Positions 45,803 to 56,579 of a stretch of DNA of 64,000 bases are shown piece by piece. The stretch spans positions 42,880 to 106,879 of the forward strand of contig CAMEWE010000002.1 in assembly GCA_945939695.1 (NCBI GenBank). Direction: 5' to 3'. The notes beneath the pieces are model-generated. The model worked only from the letters and a program-made list of their open reading frames with translations. It searched no databases and had not been told where the DNA came from. The translations under genes and the position numbers were made by a program. Numbering within the stretch: the first letter of the stretch is position 1; every line of letters begins with the position of its first letter. The DNA is from an uncultured Bacteroidales bacterium. GTDB lineage: Bacteria > Bacteroidota > Bacteroidia > Bacteroidales > UBA932.

Positions 45803-46471
45803 CTAGAGCTTCCAGTCTATAGGGGACTTGCCTTCGTATTCGAGGATTTCGTTGGCCCTGGAAAAATGCCTGCAGCCGAAAAAGGCTCCGCGGGCAAGCG
45901 GGGAGGGGTGAGCCGCTGCAAGTATATGGTGTCGGCTGATGTCTATAAGAGGCGCCTTGGTTTTGGCATAGTTGCCCCAGAGGAGAAATACGACTCCATC
46001 CTGAGTCTCGGAGATGATGCGAATGACCGCATCGGTGAATTCCTGCCATCCCAGTCCGCTGTGAGATGCGGCCGCTCCGGCCCTGACCGTGAGCACCGAG
46101 TTGAGCAACAGTACACCCTGCCTCGCCCAGGGAGTGAGGTCTGTGCTTCCGCTCATCCTTATTCCCAGGTCCGATTCGATTTCCTTGAAAATGTTCTTCA
46201 GCGAAGGAGGGGCGGCAACGCCTTCCGGGACGGAAAATGACAGGCCCATCGCCTGGCCGGGGTTGTGGTAGGGGTCCTGGCCCAGGATTACAACCTTGAC
46301 CTTATCCAGAGGGCAGAGGTCAAAGGCCTTGAAGATGCTTCCACCGGGAGGGTAAACGGTGATCCCAGCTTGCTTTTCGCGGTGGAGTTCTGCCACCAGC
46401 TCCCTGAAATAGGGCTTGTCAAATTCTTCCGCAAGAGCCTTCTTCCAGCTCTGCTCTATTCTTACGTCCAT
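45803..46471 (-). CDS. ung: Uracil-DNA glycosylase family 1
   Basis: VILGQDPYH, PPSLKNI, GVLLLN, HPSPL. Confidence 0.97.
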   Translation of the reverse strand: MDVRIEQSWKKALAEEFDKPYFRELVAELHREKQAGITVYPPGGSIFKAFDLCPLDKVKVVILGQDPYHNPGQAMGLSFSVPEGVAAPPSLKNIFKEIESDLGIRMSGSTDLTPWARQGVLLLNSVLTVRAGAAASHSGLGWQEFTDAVIRIISETQDGVVFLLWGNYAKTKAPLIDISRHHILAAAHPSPLARGAFFGCRHFSRANEILEYEGKSPIDWKL

Positions 46472-46525
46472 GGTCTTCCGATAATTATACCGCTAATTTA
46501 ATCAAAATATTGTATATTTGAGGTT

Positions 46526-46996
46526 ATGAAACTGAAAGCGTTATTTCCGGGCTCTTTCGACCCGTTCACCGCAGGGCATCTCAACATACTCACGAGGGCC
46601 CTGGGGATGTTCGATGAAGTTACCGTAGCCATAGGTATCAACCAGGACAAAAGGGGCTTTTTCTCCAATGAGCAGAAGACGGAGATAATTGAGCAGGCCA
46701 TTAGAGGCCTTGAGAATGTGGATGTGATTGAGTATGATGGACTTACGGTGGATATCTGCCGCCAGCTCGGGATCCGCCACATAGTCAGGGGAGTGAGGAA
46801 TATGCTCGATTTTGAAAATGAGCGCGCCATAGCTGACGCTAACAGACGCATAGCCCCTGAAATCGAGACCATCATCATTCCGACTGCCCAGGAGTTCGCC
46901 CATATCTCATCCTCAGCCGTGCGCGACATACTCCGTCATCACGGGGATACCTCCCTCTTCCTCCCGGAAGGGGTAATACTTCCTGAAGTCAGATGA
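46526..46996 (+). CDS. coaD: Phosphopantetheine adenylyltransferase
   Basis: FPGSFDPFTAGH, VRGVR...DFENE, ISSSAVR. TATATTTG box at 46513-46520. Confidence 0.96.
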   Translation: MKLKALFPGSFDPFTAGHLNILTRALGMFDEVTVAIGINQDKRGFFSNEQKTEIIEQAIRGLENVDVIEYDGLTVDICRQLGIRHIVRGVRNMLDFENERAIADANRRIAPEIETIIIPTAQEFAHISSSAVRDILRHHGDTSLFLPEGVILPEVR

Positions 46997-47811
46997 AAAG
47001 GCTGCTGCTCATATTGTTCATTTTTCTGGGCTTCTGCTGCTCAGTTAATGCGCAGGAGGAGGATTCACGGCGCTATGCAGGCCTTGACAGTCTGCTGACC
47101 CAGTTCTACCGGGCGCTCGAGCGCGAGAGCGTGGAAGTGAAGAATGCCGAGTTCGACAGTCTCATAGCTATGGTGGACGATTCCCTGGCCAGGCAGCACG
47201 TCACGCTCAGGGTGCTGAATCACTATATGCACGCGCGCGTCATGGGTGAGGAGGCGGTGGCAATTCATATCTTCGATACCTGGCTTGCCAGCGGCAAGGT
47301 GCAGGCAAGCAGCGAGTTCGAGTACCTGGAAGCGGAGATGTTCGCCAACTGCAACCGGCGTTCCCTGCTGGGTATGCAAGCCGAGAAAATCACGCTCCGC
47401 AAGCCTTGCGGAGGGAAGAAGACCATCCCCGAGGACGGGAAGGTGGCAGTGCTTTTCTTTTACGACACTTCCTGCTCAAAATGCAGACTTGAATCTATGG
47501 TCCTGCCGGGAGTGCTGGATGAGGTGGATTTCCCGATGAACCTGTATGCAGTATATGCATCCGACAACAAGCGCGACTGGAAGGCTTTCCGGCGTAACTT
47601 CAAGATACACAACAGAAACGTCAGCTTGATTCATCTCTGGGATCCGGAATTCGACTCCGACTACCAGCGCATCTACGGGGTAACCGGAACTCCGAGGATG
47701 TTCCTGATCTGGTCGGATGGAGAAATTCTGGGGCGTAGGCTGGAGGTGGAGAACCTGGCGCAAATGATCCAGCTAATAAAGTCAGTCAATGCCACGCAAA
47801 AAGAAAACTAG
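46993..47811 (+). CDS. Secreted thioredoxin-fold protein (helical N-domain plus CxxC redoxin)
   Basis: Signal peptide, FYDTSCSKC, YGVTGTPRMFLI. Confidence 0.7.
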   Translation: MKRLLLILFIFLGFCCSVNAQEEDSRRYAGLDSLLTQFYRALERESVEVKNAEFDSLIAMVDDSLARQHVTLRVLNHYMHARVMGEEAVAIHIFDTWLASGKVQASSEFEYLEAEMFANCNRRSLLGMQAEKITLRKPCGGKKTIPEDGKVAVLFFYDTSCSKCRLESMVLPGVLDEVDFPMNLYAVYASDNKRDWKAFRRNFKIHNRNVSLIHLWDPEFDSDYQRIYGVTGTPRMFLIWSDGEILGRRLEVENLAQMIQLIKSVNATQKEN

Positions 47812-48028
47812 GAAGTACTCCGCCGTGGATCCCGAGTATCTGGACAGGCAGAAGGAGTCACTCAAAAGAAATTGCCGCAAGACCGTGCTTTTCAATGCGC
47901 AGGAACTCGCGGCAATAGATGAGTATTGCACCAGATTCAAGGTGTCTTCCCGTTCCGCCCTCATACGCAAGTCCGTTATGGAACACGTCCTGGAGGGACT
48001 TGAGAAGAATCACCCGACTCTTTTCTAG
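47789..48028 (+). CDS. Small conserved Bacteroidales hypothetical protein
   Basis: VLFN..EL.AID.YC..FKV.SRS.LIR...HPTLF resembles a conserved Bacteroidales family (from memory, not searched). Confidence 0.6.
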   Translation: MPRKKKTRKYSAVDPEYLDRQKESLKRNCRKTVLFNAQELAAIDEYCTRFKVSSRSALIRKSVMEHVLEGLEKNHPTLF

Positions 48029-50427
48029 AAGATGTAGTCTATCACATCCTTGATGGTCTTGACGTAGTGGAACTCAAGGCCTTCTACGTATATTGCCTTG
48101 ATGTCTTCCACGTCCTTGCGGTTGTCTTCGGAGATGACTATGGTCTTCACGCCCGCACGCTTGGCTGCGAGTATCTTCTCCTTGATGCCGCCCACCGGAA
48201 GCACCCTGCCTCTCAAAGTCATCTCTCCCGTCATAGCCACGTGTGGCTTTATGGATTCGCCACGCAGGGCGGACACCATTGAGCTGACCATGGTGATACC
48301 TGCGGACGGACCGTCCTTCGGAGTGGCTCCCTCAGGCACGTGCACGTGAATGTCCTTGCTAGAGAAGGTCTCGGAGTCCATCTTAGCCATCTCGGGATGA
48401 GCCTTGATGTACTGGTATGCGATGGTGGCGGATTCCTTCATCACGTCGCCGAGGTTGCCGGTCATTGTCATTACTCCCTTGCCGTTGGACACGGAACTCT
48501 CCACAAACAGGATTTCACCTCCCATCTGGGTCCAGGCCAGGCCTGTCACTACGCCAGGAGCCTCGTTGCCGGCCTGCTTGTCGTGGAAGGCTGTAGGGAG
48601 GCCGAGGTACTCCTTGAGTTTGTCCTTCTTAATCGTTACAGGCTGGTCGTCACCGGTCGCTACCTTCTTCGCCGTCACGCGGGCTATCTTGGCAATCTGC
48701 TTCTCCAGGCCGCGGACTCCGGATTCGTGGGTGTATTCGTCAATGATGGCCATAAGGGCAGCCTTGTCGATCTTGACCTGCTTCTTCTGGAGACCGTGTT
48801 CCTCGAGCTGCTTTGGTATGAGGAACTTCTTTGCGATTTCCATCTTCTCTTCAGCGAGGTAACCCGTCACATTGATGAGCTCCATTCGGTCGAGCAGGGC
48901 AGGCTGGATAGGGGAGATGCTGTTGGCAGTGGTGATGAAGAGCACGTTGCTCAGATCGTAGTCCAGATCCAGGTAGTTGTCGTGGAAAGCGGCATTCTGC
49001 TCCGGGTCGAGGGCTTCCAGCAGGGCGGATGAAGGGTCGCCCTTGAAGTCCGAGCTGAGCTTGTCGATCTCGTCGAGCACGATCACGGGGTTGGAGGTGC
49101 CTGCACGTGCGATGCCGTTGAGTATGCGTCCCGGAAGTGCGCCGACGTAGGTCTTGCGGTGGCCGCGTATCTCGGCTTCATCGTGCATGCCTCCCAGGGC
49201 GATGCGCACGTACTTGCGTCCCAAGGCCTTTGCCACTGACTTTCCCAGGGAGGTCTTGCCGACTCCCGGAGGGCCGTAGAGGCAGAGGATAGGGGATTTC
49301 ATGTTCCCCTTGAGCTTGAGCACTGCAAGGTATTCTATGATTCTGTCCTTGACGCTCTCCAGACCGAAGTGGTCGTGGTCCAGCACCTTCTGGGCGTGGT
49401 TGAGGTCGAGGTTGTCCTCGCTCATCTCGCCCCACGGGAGCTGAAGCATGAATTCCAGGTAGTTGTACTGGACACTGTAGTCCGGGGAGGAAGGATTGTA
49501 CTTCTCGAGCTTGGTGAGCTCTCGCTCGAAGGCCTTGGCAATTTCCTCAGGCCACTTCTTGGCGGCAGCCTTCTCGCGCAGACGGTCAAACTCCTCCGCA
49601 TCGTCCATTCCGAGTTCCTCCTGAATGGTACGGAGCTGGTTGTTGAGGTAGTATTCCCTCTGCTGCTGGTCGATGTCGCTCTTTACCTTCTGGTTGATTT
49701 CCTGCTTGATTTTCATCAATTCTATCTGGGAGCCGAGCAGCGACAGGAGCTTGAGAGACCTGAACTTGACGTCGTCATATTCCAGAAGCTCTATGCGGGC
49801 CTGGAAATCCTCCAGCTCGATGGAAGTCGCAATGAAGTTCACCAGGAAGCGGAAGTCGTCTATGGCCTTGAGGGCGCCTATGGTGTCGCGGGTGCCGAGA
49901 TTGGATGAGCGCATTATCTGAATGGCCTTATCCTTCAGGGACTCGCTTATCGCCTTTATGTCAGTGGCAGTAGCCGCCTCGTTGAGAATTTCGTCGTGGT
50001 ATGCCACTTTGGCAGTGATATAAGGCTCATAGCCGAGGACTCCCTGGATTTCAAAGCGCTTGCAGGCGTGCAGGATGGCAGTTATGGTGCCGTCAGGCAT
50101 CTCCAGAGTCTTGACGACGCGGCAGGCGGAGCCGAAGGCGAAGAGGTCGTCCTCCTGCGGTTCTTCCACCATTACGTCAAGCTGCGGCACGGCTCCTATG
50201 AAGAAAGACTCCTTCTCGGCGTCGTGTATAAGCTTCATGGATTTCTCCCTGCCTATGGTGACAGGGAATATGGCGCCGGGAAACAGCACGACGTTGCGGA
50301 GAGCCAGAACCGGCAGAACCTCAGGGAGTTCCGCCTCGTCAAACTTCATCATGGCGTCCCCCTGTACCACCGGAATGATGCTCACTTCAGCACCGGCCGG
50401 GAAAGTGAATTCTTTATCTTGTCTCAT
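48025..50427 (-). CDS. lon: ATP-dependent Lon protease
   Basis: [30 protein letters not shown] (Ser), GGIKEK (Lys). Confidence 0.97.
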   Translation of the reverse strand: MRQDKEFTFPAGAEVSIIPVVQGDAMMKFDEAELPEVLPVLALRNVVLFPGAIFPVTIGREKSMKLIHDAEKESFFIGAVPQLDVMVEEPQEDDLFAFGSACRVVKTLEMPDGTITAILHACKRFEIQGVLGYEPYITAKVAYHDEILNEAATATDIKAISESLKDKAIQIMRSSNLGTRDTIGALKAIDDFRFLVNFIATSIELEDFQARIELLEYDDVKFRSLKLLSLLGSQIELMKIKQEINQKVKSDIDQQQREYYLNNQLRTIQEELGMDDAEEFDRLREKAAAKKWPEEIAKAFERELTKLEKYNPSSPDYSVQYNYLEFMLQLPWGEMSEDNLDLNHAQKVLDHDHFGLESVKDRIIEYLAVLKLKGNMKSPILCLYGPPGVGKTSLGKSVAKALGRKYVRIALGGMHDEAEIRGHRKTYVGALPGRILNGIARAGTSNPVIVLDEIDKLSSDFKGDPSSALLEALDPEQNAAFHDNYLDLDYDLSNVLFITTANSISPIQPALLDRMELINVTGYLAEEKMEIAKKFLIPKQLEEHGLQKKQVKIDKAALMAIIDEYTHESGVRGLEKQIAKIARVTAKKVATGDDQPVTIKKDKLKEYLGLPTAFHDKQAGNEAPGVVTGLAWTQMGGEILFVESSVSNGKGVMTMTGNLGDVMKESATIAYQYIKAHPEMAKMDSETFSSKDIHVHVPEGATPKDGPSAGITMVSSMVSALRGESIKPHVAMTGEMTLRGRVLPVGGIKEKILAAKRAGVKTIVISEDNRKDVEDIKAIYVEGLEFHYVKTIKDVIDYIF

Positions 50428-50535
50428 ATTTTGTCAAAATGTCAGTAATTATCCTTAATAAAACCAAGTTGCGAATATAGTCAATCTCCGTGCCAATGCC
50501 AAATGTAGAAGATTGAAAAAACTGCAACAAATCAT

Positions 50536-50566
50536 TTTGATTTATGAAATAATTAATCTAATTTTG
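50536..50566 (+). promoter_or_regulatory. HU promoter: TTTG, 19 nt, TAATTTTG
   Basis: Consensus Bacteroidetes -33/-7 pair. Confidence 0.65.
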
Positions 50567-50623
50567 CACCTCAATTTCGTTGGCTAGTAATTGAATATTA
50601 ATTAACTAATAAAACATAGTAAA

Positions 50624-50902
50624 ATGACTAAAGCAGAAATCGTAAATCAGGTTGCCAAGGCGACAGGTATTGAGAAGGTGACTGTACAGTCCGTTGTAGA
50701 GGCGACTATGGACAGCATTAAGGCTTCCCTCGTGAACGGTGAGCCTGTATATCTCCGTGGCTTCGGCAGCTTTATCATCAAGCACCGCGCTCAGAAGGCT
50801 GCTCGCAACATCACTCAGAAGACCACCCTTACCATTCCGGCACACGATATTCCGGCTTTCAAACCGGCAAAGTCCTTCGTTGAGGAAGTCAAGAGCAAAT
50901 AA
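50624..50902 (+). CDS. hup: DNA-binding protein HU
   Basis: MTKAEIV, LRGFGSF, ARNI, PAFKPAK. Confidence 0.96.
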   Translation: MTKAEIVNQVAKATGIEKVTVQSVVEATMDSIKASLVNGEPVYLRGFGSFIIKHRAQKAARNITQKTTLTIPAHDIPAFKPAKSFVEEVKSK

Positions 50903-50919
50903 TTAACACATTTTATAAT

Positions 50920-51009
50920 ATGCCAAACGGAAAGAAGCATAAGAGACACAAGATGTCTACACACAAGCGCAAGAAGCGTTTGCGTCTGAACAGACATAAG
51001 AAGAAATAG
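50920..51009 (+). CDS. 29-aa basic peptide, bS22/AURKAIP1-COX24-like small ribosomal protein (absent from the ORF track)
   Basis: MPNGKKHKRHKMSTHKRKKRLRLNRHKKK*. AT-rich start region. Followed by a terminator-like hairpin. Confidence 0.88.
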   Translation: MPNGKKHKRHKMSTHKRKKRLRLNRHKKK

Positions 51010-51011
51010 TC

Positions 51012-51050
51012 GAGAAAAGCCTGACGGGAGATCCGGCGGGCTTTTTCTTT
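51012..51050 (+). terminator. Intrinsic terminator after the bS22-like gene
   Basis: AAAAGCCTG ... CGGGCTTTTT stem with U-tract. Confidence 0.6.
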
Positions 51051-51071
51051 CTGATATTGAACTTGCTAATA

Positions 51072-52634
51072 ATGGAAACCACCGCGAAAACAGAAAAGGA
51101 TCTTGTGGTCGATGTCTCGGCCTCTGAAGTCCGGATAGCCTTGATGGAGAACCACAGGCTAATCGAACTTGACAGGGAGTCAACCAAGGATCACGGCTTC
51201 TCGGTAGGGGATGTATATCTTGGAAGAGTCAAGAAACTGCTCCCTGCCCTGAACGCCGCTTTCGTGGACATAGGCGACAGCAAGGAGGCTTTCATCCATT
51301 ATCTGGACCTCGGACTGTATTTTACGGCGTTCGACACCTTCGTGAAGGAGACCAACCCCAACAGGAATGCCGGAGAACTTTACTCCGGAATCAAGTTGGG
51401 CAAGATACTCGCCAAGGACGGACGTATTGAGGATCATCTCAAGCCGGGCCAGATGGTGATTGCCCAGATTATAAAGGAGCCTATTTCCACAAAGGGATCG
51501 AGGTTGACTGCGGAAATTTCATTGGCAGGACGCAACATTGTTTTGCTCCCCTTCGCAGAGAAGGTGAGCGTTTCCCAGAAAATCTCCTCAAGGGAGGAGA
51601 AAAAGAGGCTTGAGGCCCTCGTCAGGAGCATACTCCCCAAGAATTATGGAGCCATAATCCGAACTGCGGCAGAGAATAAGAACGCTGCCGTGCTGGTGGC
51701 TGAACTCCGTTCGCTCATAGAAAAGTGGGAGCAGTCCTGGAAGAAGCTTTCGGCATCCAAGGGAGTGGGGCTGCTGTTCACGGAAACGGACAGAACCACC
51801 GCAGTCATCAGAGATCTGCTGAACTCCTCGTTCACGAATGTGTACGTCAATGATGCAGCGACGTGCGAGGGTGTGCGCAGCTACGTATCGCAGATTTCTC
51901 CGGATCAGGAGAAGATAGTGAAACTCTATGATGGAAAGGAGCCGATTTTCGACCATTTCGAGGTCACGCGCCAGATCAAGAGCTCTTTCGGCAAGGTTGT
52001 TCCTATGAAACAGGGAGCATATCTGGTGATAGAGACTACCGAGGCCCTCAATGTCATCGACGTCAACAGCGGTACCCGTGCCAAAACGAATGATCAGGAG
52101 GAGAACACCTTCGAGGTCAACAAGATTGCGGCGGAGGAAATCGCACGTCAGCTTAGGCTCAGGGATATGGGCGGCATTGTCATAGTCGATTTTATCGATA
52201 TGGAGAAAGCCGAACACCGTAACGAGCTTTTCAAGTATATGAAGGAGCTGATGGATGGCGACCGCGCCAAGCACAACGTGCTGCCGCTCACCAAATTCGG
52301 TCTGATGCAGCTGACCCGTCAGCGCATACGTCCGGTAACGGAGATAAACACGACCGAAAAATGTCCGCTATGCCACGGAACAGGCAAGATCGCTTCCACC
52401 CTCATCATTGATGAGGAGATAGAGCGCAAACTTGCCGACCTTGCAGAAAACGGACACAGGACATTTACGCTCACCGTAAGCCCGATTTTGGGTGCATACC
52501 TGAGCAGGGGATTGTTTTCCTACGTCTCCAAGTGGAAACGCAAATTCAAATGCAAGCTGAAACTTGTCGAAAAGACAGACCACAGCATCCTGCAGTATGA
52601 AATTCTGGATGAAAAGGGAAAGGCTCTCAATTGA
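51072..52634 (+). CDS. Rne/Rng family ribonuclease
   Basis: GDVYLGRV, AFVDIG, IIKEPISTKG.RLT, IDVNSG, LRLRDMGGIVIVDFIDM. Confidence 0.95.
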   Translation: METTAKTEKDLVVDVSASEVRIALMENHRLIELDRESTKDHGFSVGDVYLGRVKKLLPALNAAFVDIGDSKEAFIHYLDLGLYFTAFDTFVKETNPNRNAGELYSGIKLGKILAKDGRIEDHLKPGQMVIAQIIKEPISTKGSRLTAEISLAGRNIVLLPFAEKVSVSQKISSREEKKRLEALVRSILPKNYGAIIRTAAENKNAAVLVAELRSLIEKWEQSWKKLSASKGVGLLFTETDRTTAVIRDLLNSSFTNVYVNDAATCEGVRSYVSQISPDQEKIVKLYDGKEPIFDHFEVTRQIKSSFGKVVPMKQGAYLVIETTEALNVIDVNSGTRAKTNDQEENTFEVNKIAAEEIARQLRLRDMGGIVIVDFIDMEKAEHRNELFKYMKELMDGDRAKHNVLPLTKFGLMQLTRQRIRPVTEINTTEKCPLCHGTGKIASTLIIDEEIERKLADLAENGHRTFTLTVSPILGAYLSRGLFSYVSKWKRKFKCKLKLVEKTDHSILQYEILDEKGKALN

Positions 52635-52792
52635 GGGCCTTTTCTGTATCAGGGAAAGAAATATTTTTTACGTTTTTTATAGGTCTTATTGATATATTTG
52701 GGTATATTTGTAAGAACCAAACGGGCTGGATGGCCCTGCACTGATACTATAACCTTTTATTAAGCTGTCAATGAGGAAATCAATTGAGCTTT

Positions 52793-53887
52793 ATGAATAA
52801 AATTATCCCTATCTCGCTGGGCCTCTTCGTCCTGGCTGCGCTTGCTTGTTCTCCGTCCAAGGAAGAGGGCAACAGAATCTACACCTTGAGAAACAGTAAC
52901 GGAATGGAAGTCGGAGTCACCAATTTCGGCGGACGCATCACATCCATAGTTCTTGAAGATAAGGACGGGGTCAGGCGCGATGTCGTCCTGGGCTTCGACA
53001 ATGTAGAGGACTATTACCCTGAGAACAATCAGAGCGATTTCGGCGCATCCATCGGACGCTACGCAAACCGCATCGACAAGGGCCGCTTCTCCATTGACGG
53101 CGTGGAGTACGATCTTCCGAAGAACAACTTCGGCCACTGCCTCCACGGAGGACCTTCAGGATGGCAATATCAGCCTTACAAGGTCGACGAAGTGAAGGAA
53201 AACAGCATCAGGCTGAGAATGGACTCTCCCGACGGAGACAACAATTTCCCGGGAGCGGTGACTGCATTCGTGACATATACCCTCACGGATGACAATGCCA
53301 TCGAGATTGCATACGAGGCCACAAGCACTGCCCCGACCATCATCAATATGACCAACCACTCATATTTCAACCTCTCCGGCGACCCGGCGAACAATGACGT
53401 CTGCGACGATTACCTATATATCAACGCTTCAAATTTCACTCCTGTGGACAATACATATATGACCACAGGAGAAATTGTCCCTGTGGCCGGAACTCCTTTC
53501 GATTTCACCACTCTCCACAAGATAGGTGACAGAATAGGGGAGACGGACAACGAGCAGATAGCCAACGGCAACGGCTACGACCACAACTGGGTGCTTGACA
53601 CCGGAGGAAACATGGATGAGCTTGCCGCAAGGCTCCATTGCGAAAAGACCGGCATTACCCTGGATCTTTATACCGATGAACCGGGTGTCCAGGTTTACAG
53701 CGGCAACTTCCTTGACGGAACGGTCAAGGGCAAGGGCGGTGTTGTTTATAAGCAGCGCACCGGCATCTGCCTCGAAACCCAGCACTATCCGGACAGCCCC
53801 AACAAGCCTCAGTGGCCTTCAGTTGTGCTCCGCCCCGGAGAGACTTACCGCAGCCACTGTACTTTCGCATTCTCAGTAACAAAATAA
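52793..53887 (+). CDS. galM: Aldose 1-epimerase (mutarotase; AraM/GalM), predicted lipoprotein
   Basis: GRYANRI, LHGG, NMTNHSYFNL, GNGYDHNW, CLETQH. Lipobox LAC. Confidence 0.93.
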   Translation: MNKIIPISLGLFVLAALACSPSKEEGNRIYTLRNSNGMEVGVTNFGGRITSIVLEDKDGVRRDVVLGFDNVEDYYPENNQSDFGASIGRYANRIDKGRFSIDGVEYDLPKNNFGHCLHGGPSGWQYQPYKVDEVKENSIRLRMDSPDGDNNFPGAVTAFVTYTLTDDNAIEIAYEATSTAPTIINMTNHSYFNLSGDPANNDVCDDYLYINASNFTPVDNTYMTTGEIVPVAGTPFDFTTLHKIGDRIGETDNEQIANGNGYDHNWVLDTGGNMDELAARLHCEKTGITLDLYTDEPGVQVYSGNFLDGTVKGKGGVVYKQRTGICLETQHYPDSPNKPQWPSVVLRPGETYRSHCTFAFSVTK

Positions 53888-53899
53888 ACAAGATATTCA

Positions 53900-55849
53900 A
53901 TGACTATTTTTCAACAGATTGCGGCTTCAGGTTTCAGAACCGTCGACCTCATCATCGTCCTCGTCTACCTTGCCGTACTCATCTTCCTCGGGCTCTTCCT
54001 CGGCCGTAACAAAAAAGGTCAGGAAAAGAGCGCCAATGATTACTTCCTCGCAGGAAACAACCTTACCTGGTGGGCTGTCGGCGCTTCGCTGATTGCTGCC
54101 AACATTTCCGCCGAGCAGTTCATCGGAATGTCCGGAACCAGCTATGCTGACGGAATAGCCACCGCAGCCTACGAACTTATGGCTGCCGTAACCCTCATAG
54201 TCATAGGTAAATTCCTGCTTCCTGTGATGCTGAAGCGTAAGATTTTCACCATTCCCCAGTTCCTGCGCGAACGCTACAATGACGGTGTGGGACTCGCTTT
54301 TTCGGTGCTCTGGCTCTTCCTCTACGTATTCGTGAACCTGACTTCCGTTGCTTGGCTCGGTTCCCTTGCAATCGAACAGATTCTCGGTCTCCAGGGGGCC
54401 ACGCTGGTAATCGGGGACTTCTCCGTGTCAATGAGGATGGTTATTGTCCTTGCCCTGTACGTCATTGCCGGAATCTATTCCATCTACGGCGGTCTTGCTT
54501 CCGTGGCGTGGACTGACGTGCTTCAGGTCGTGTTCCTGGTTGGCGGTGGCCTTGTCACCGCAATCTTCGCGCTAAGCGCTGTGGGCGGCGGTGAGGGTAT
54601 TCTTGCCGGTCTGAACAATATTTTCAACGACCTTACTTCCGGAGAGCACCTCAATGACAGCCATCTTCACCTGGTAATCCAGCAGAGCCACGGCGAGAGC
54701 GCGTTTGCGAATGTGCCGGGTATTGCTGCCGTGGTCGGCGGCGTATGGCTGACAAACCTCGGTTACTGGGGCTTCAACCAGTACATCATACAGAAGGGCC
54801 TTGCTGCCAAGAGCATCAGCGAAGCCCAGAAGGGTCTCGTGTTCGCCGGCTTCCTGAAGATATTGGTCCCTTTCATCGTATGCCTTCCAGGCATCTGTGC
54901 CTACTACATATCTCTGCATCCTGAGTTAATGTCCGGTCTCCAGGGCTCCATCAACGTCTCCGATGACGCATATCCTTGGCTCGTGCGCAACTTCACCCCG
55001 GTGGGCGTGAAAGGCATTACCTTCGCTGCCCTTGCCGCAGCCGTCATATCTTCTCTCGCTTCCATGTTCAACAGTACTTCCACTCTCTTCACAATGGATA
55101 TCTACAAGAAGTACATCAAGAAGAATGCTTCAGACAAGAGTCTCGTGAAAGTGGGACGCCTTACCTCCCTTTGCGCGCTCGTGATTGCTGCCATCGCAGT
55201 AGAGCCTCTGCTTGGCGGTCTCGACCAGGCCTTCCAGTACATTCAGGAATACTCAGGATTCATATATCCGGGTATCGTGGTGGTATTCGGTCTCGGTCTG
55301 CTCTGGAGGCGCGCTTCCAGCAGGGCAGCCGTATGGACTGCAATCATTACCATCCCTCTCGGAGTGCTCTTCAAGATATTCCTGGGCGGAGTGCCGTTCC
55401 AGCTTCGTGCTGGCTACATTTTCATCATACTCGTCGTCTTCTTCATTATCATGTCCCTGCTGGACAAGAAGTACGTTTCTTGCGAGCTGCCTGAGCAGAA
55501 GGACCGCGAGGCTATGGTGAAGTGGGCCAGGATACTTGGCGGAGCCGGTGCATTTTTCATCCTCGTTGCGGCTGTCGTGGTCATCTGGGGAGCCTGTCTT
55601 CCTGAATCTGCGACTCCGGAGAATCATTTCATCGCTTATCTGAACGATATAGGTTTCCAGGCCTTCTTCTTCTTCGGAGCCCTCGTCGGTTGCCAGGCCG
55701 TATGGCTATATAGCAATGCCAACGTTGCCAGAACCGATCCTAAGGGACTTCCTGTGGACCTCACCCTCTTCCATACTACCCGATCCTACGGAATCGGAGC
55801 CCTTGTTATCTGCGTTCTGGTAGGACTTTTGTATATCGTTCTCTGGTAA
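53900..55849 (+). CDS. Sodium:solute symporter, probable L-arabinose transporter (AraP-like)
   Basis: YFLAG, SLIAANISAEQFIG, SSLASMFNS. Located within the ara operon. Confidence 0.88.
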   Translation: MTIFQQIAASGFRTVDLIIVLVYLAVLIFLGLFLGRNKKGQEKSANDYFLAGNNLTWWAVGASLIAANISAEQFIGMSGTSYADGIATAAYELMAAVTLIVIGKFLLPVMLKRKIFTIPQFLRERYNDGVGLAFSVLWLFLYVFVNLTSVAWLGSLAIEQILGLQGATLVIGDFSVSMRMVIVLALYVIAGIYSIYGGLASVAWTDVLQVVFLVGGGLVTAIFALSAVGGGEGILAGLNNIFNDLTSGEHLNDSHLHLVIQQSHGESAFANVPGIAAVVGGVWLTNLGYWGFNQYIIQKGLAAKSISEAQKGLVFAGFLKILVPFIVCLPGICAYYISLHPELMSGLQGSINVSDDAYPWLVRNFTPVGVKGITFAALAAAVISSLASMFNSTSTLFTMDIYKKYIKKNASDKSLVKVGRLTSLCALVIAAIAVEPLLGGLDQAFQYIQEYSGFIYPGIVVVFGLGLLWRRASSRAAVWTAIITIPLGVLFKIFLGGVPFQLRAGYIFIILVVFFIIMSLLDKKYVSCELPEQKDREAMVKWARILGGAGAFFILVAAVVVIWGACLPESATPENHFIAYLNDIGFQAFFFFGALVGCQAVWLYSNANVARTDPKGLPVDLTLFHTTRSYGIGALVICVLVGLLYIVLW

Positions 55850-55861
55850 TTGTTCAGCGAT

Positions 55862-56554
55862 ATGTTGGAAGAACTTAAGAATAAAGTCTGCCGTGCAAAC
55901 CTTGACCTGGTCAAGCACGGCCTTGTGATCTTCACCTGGGGCAACGTGTCCGCCATTGACCGCGAAAGCGGCCTGGTGGTCATCAAGCCTTCGGGTGTCA
56001 GTTATGATGATATGAAAGCGGAGGATATGGTCGTGGTAGACCTCGACGGCAAAGTCATCGAGGGTTCGCTCAGACCGTCTTCCGATACTCCTACTCATCT
56101 TGTGCTATACAGGGCCTTCCCTGAGATTGGCGGAGTGGTGCATACGCACTCCACCTACGCTACCGCCTGGGCCCAGGCCGGCATTGATCTGCCGAACATA
56201 GGGACCACGCACGCGGACTATTTCCACGATGCCGTGCCTTGTACGGCCGATATGACGGAAGAGGAAGTGAAGGGACAGTACGAACTCGAGACGGGTAATG
56301 TAATCGTGAAGCGTTTTGAGGGACTGAACCCCGTACACACTCCTGCCGTGCTGGTGAAAAATCACGGTCCCTTCGCCTGGGGCAAGGATGCCGACGAGGC
56401 GGTGCACAATGCCGTGGTGCTTGAACAGGTGGCCAGGATGGCTTCCATAGCCTACAGCATAAATCCTTCACTCACAATGAATCCGTTGCTTATAGAGAAG
56501 CACTTCAACCGAAAGCACGGTCCCGGTGCATATTATGGACAGAAAAAGAAGTAA
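55862..56554 (+). CDS. araD: L-ribulose-5-phosphate 4-epimerase
   Basis: [39 protein letters not shown]. Confidence 0.96.
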   Translation: MLEELKNKVCRANLDLVKHGLVIFTWGNVSAIDRESGLVVIKPSGVSYDDMKAEDMVVVDLDGKVIEGSLRPSSDTPTHLVLYRAFPEIGGVVHTHSTYATAWAQAGIDLPNIGTTHADYFHDAVPCTADMTEEEVKGQYELETGNVIVKRFEGLNPVHTPAVLVKNHGPFAWGKDADEAVHNAVVLEQVARMASIAYSINPSLTMNPLLIEKHFNRKHGPGAYYGQKKK

Positions 56555-56579
56555 AACAATTATTAACCATTAACAGAAT

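Noticed and set aside
45795-45810. TCTAGATTCTAGA at the lnt/ung junction
   Set aside because: Explained by two adjacent convergent TAG stop codons.
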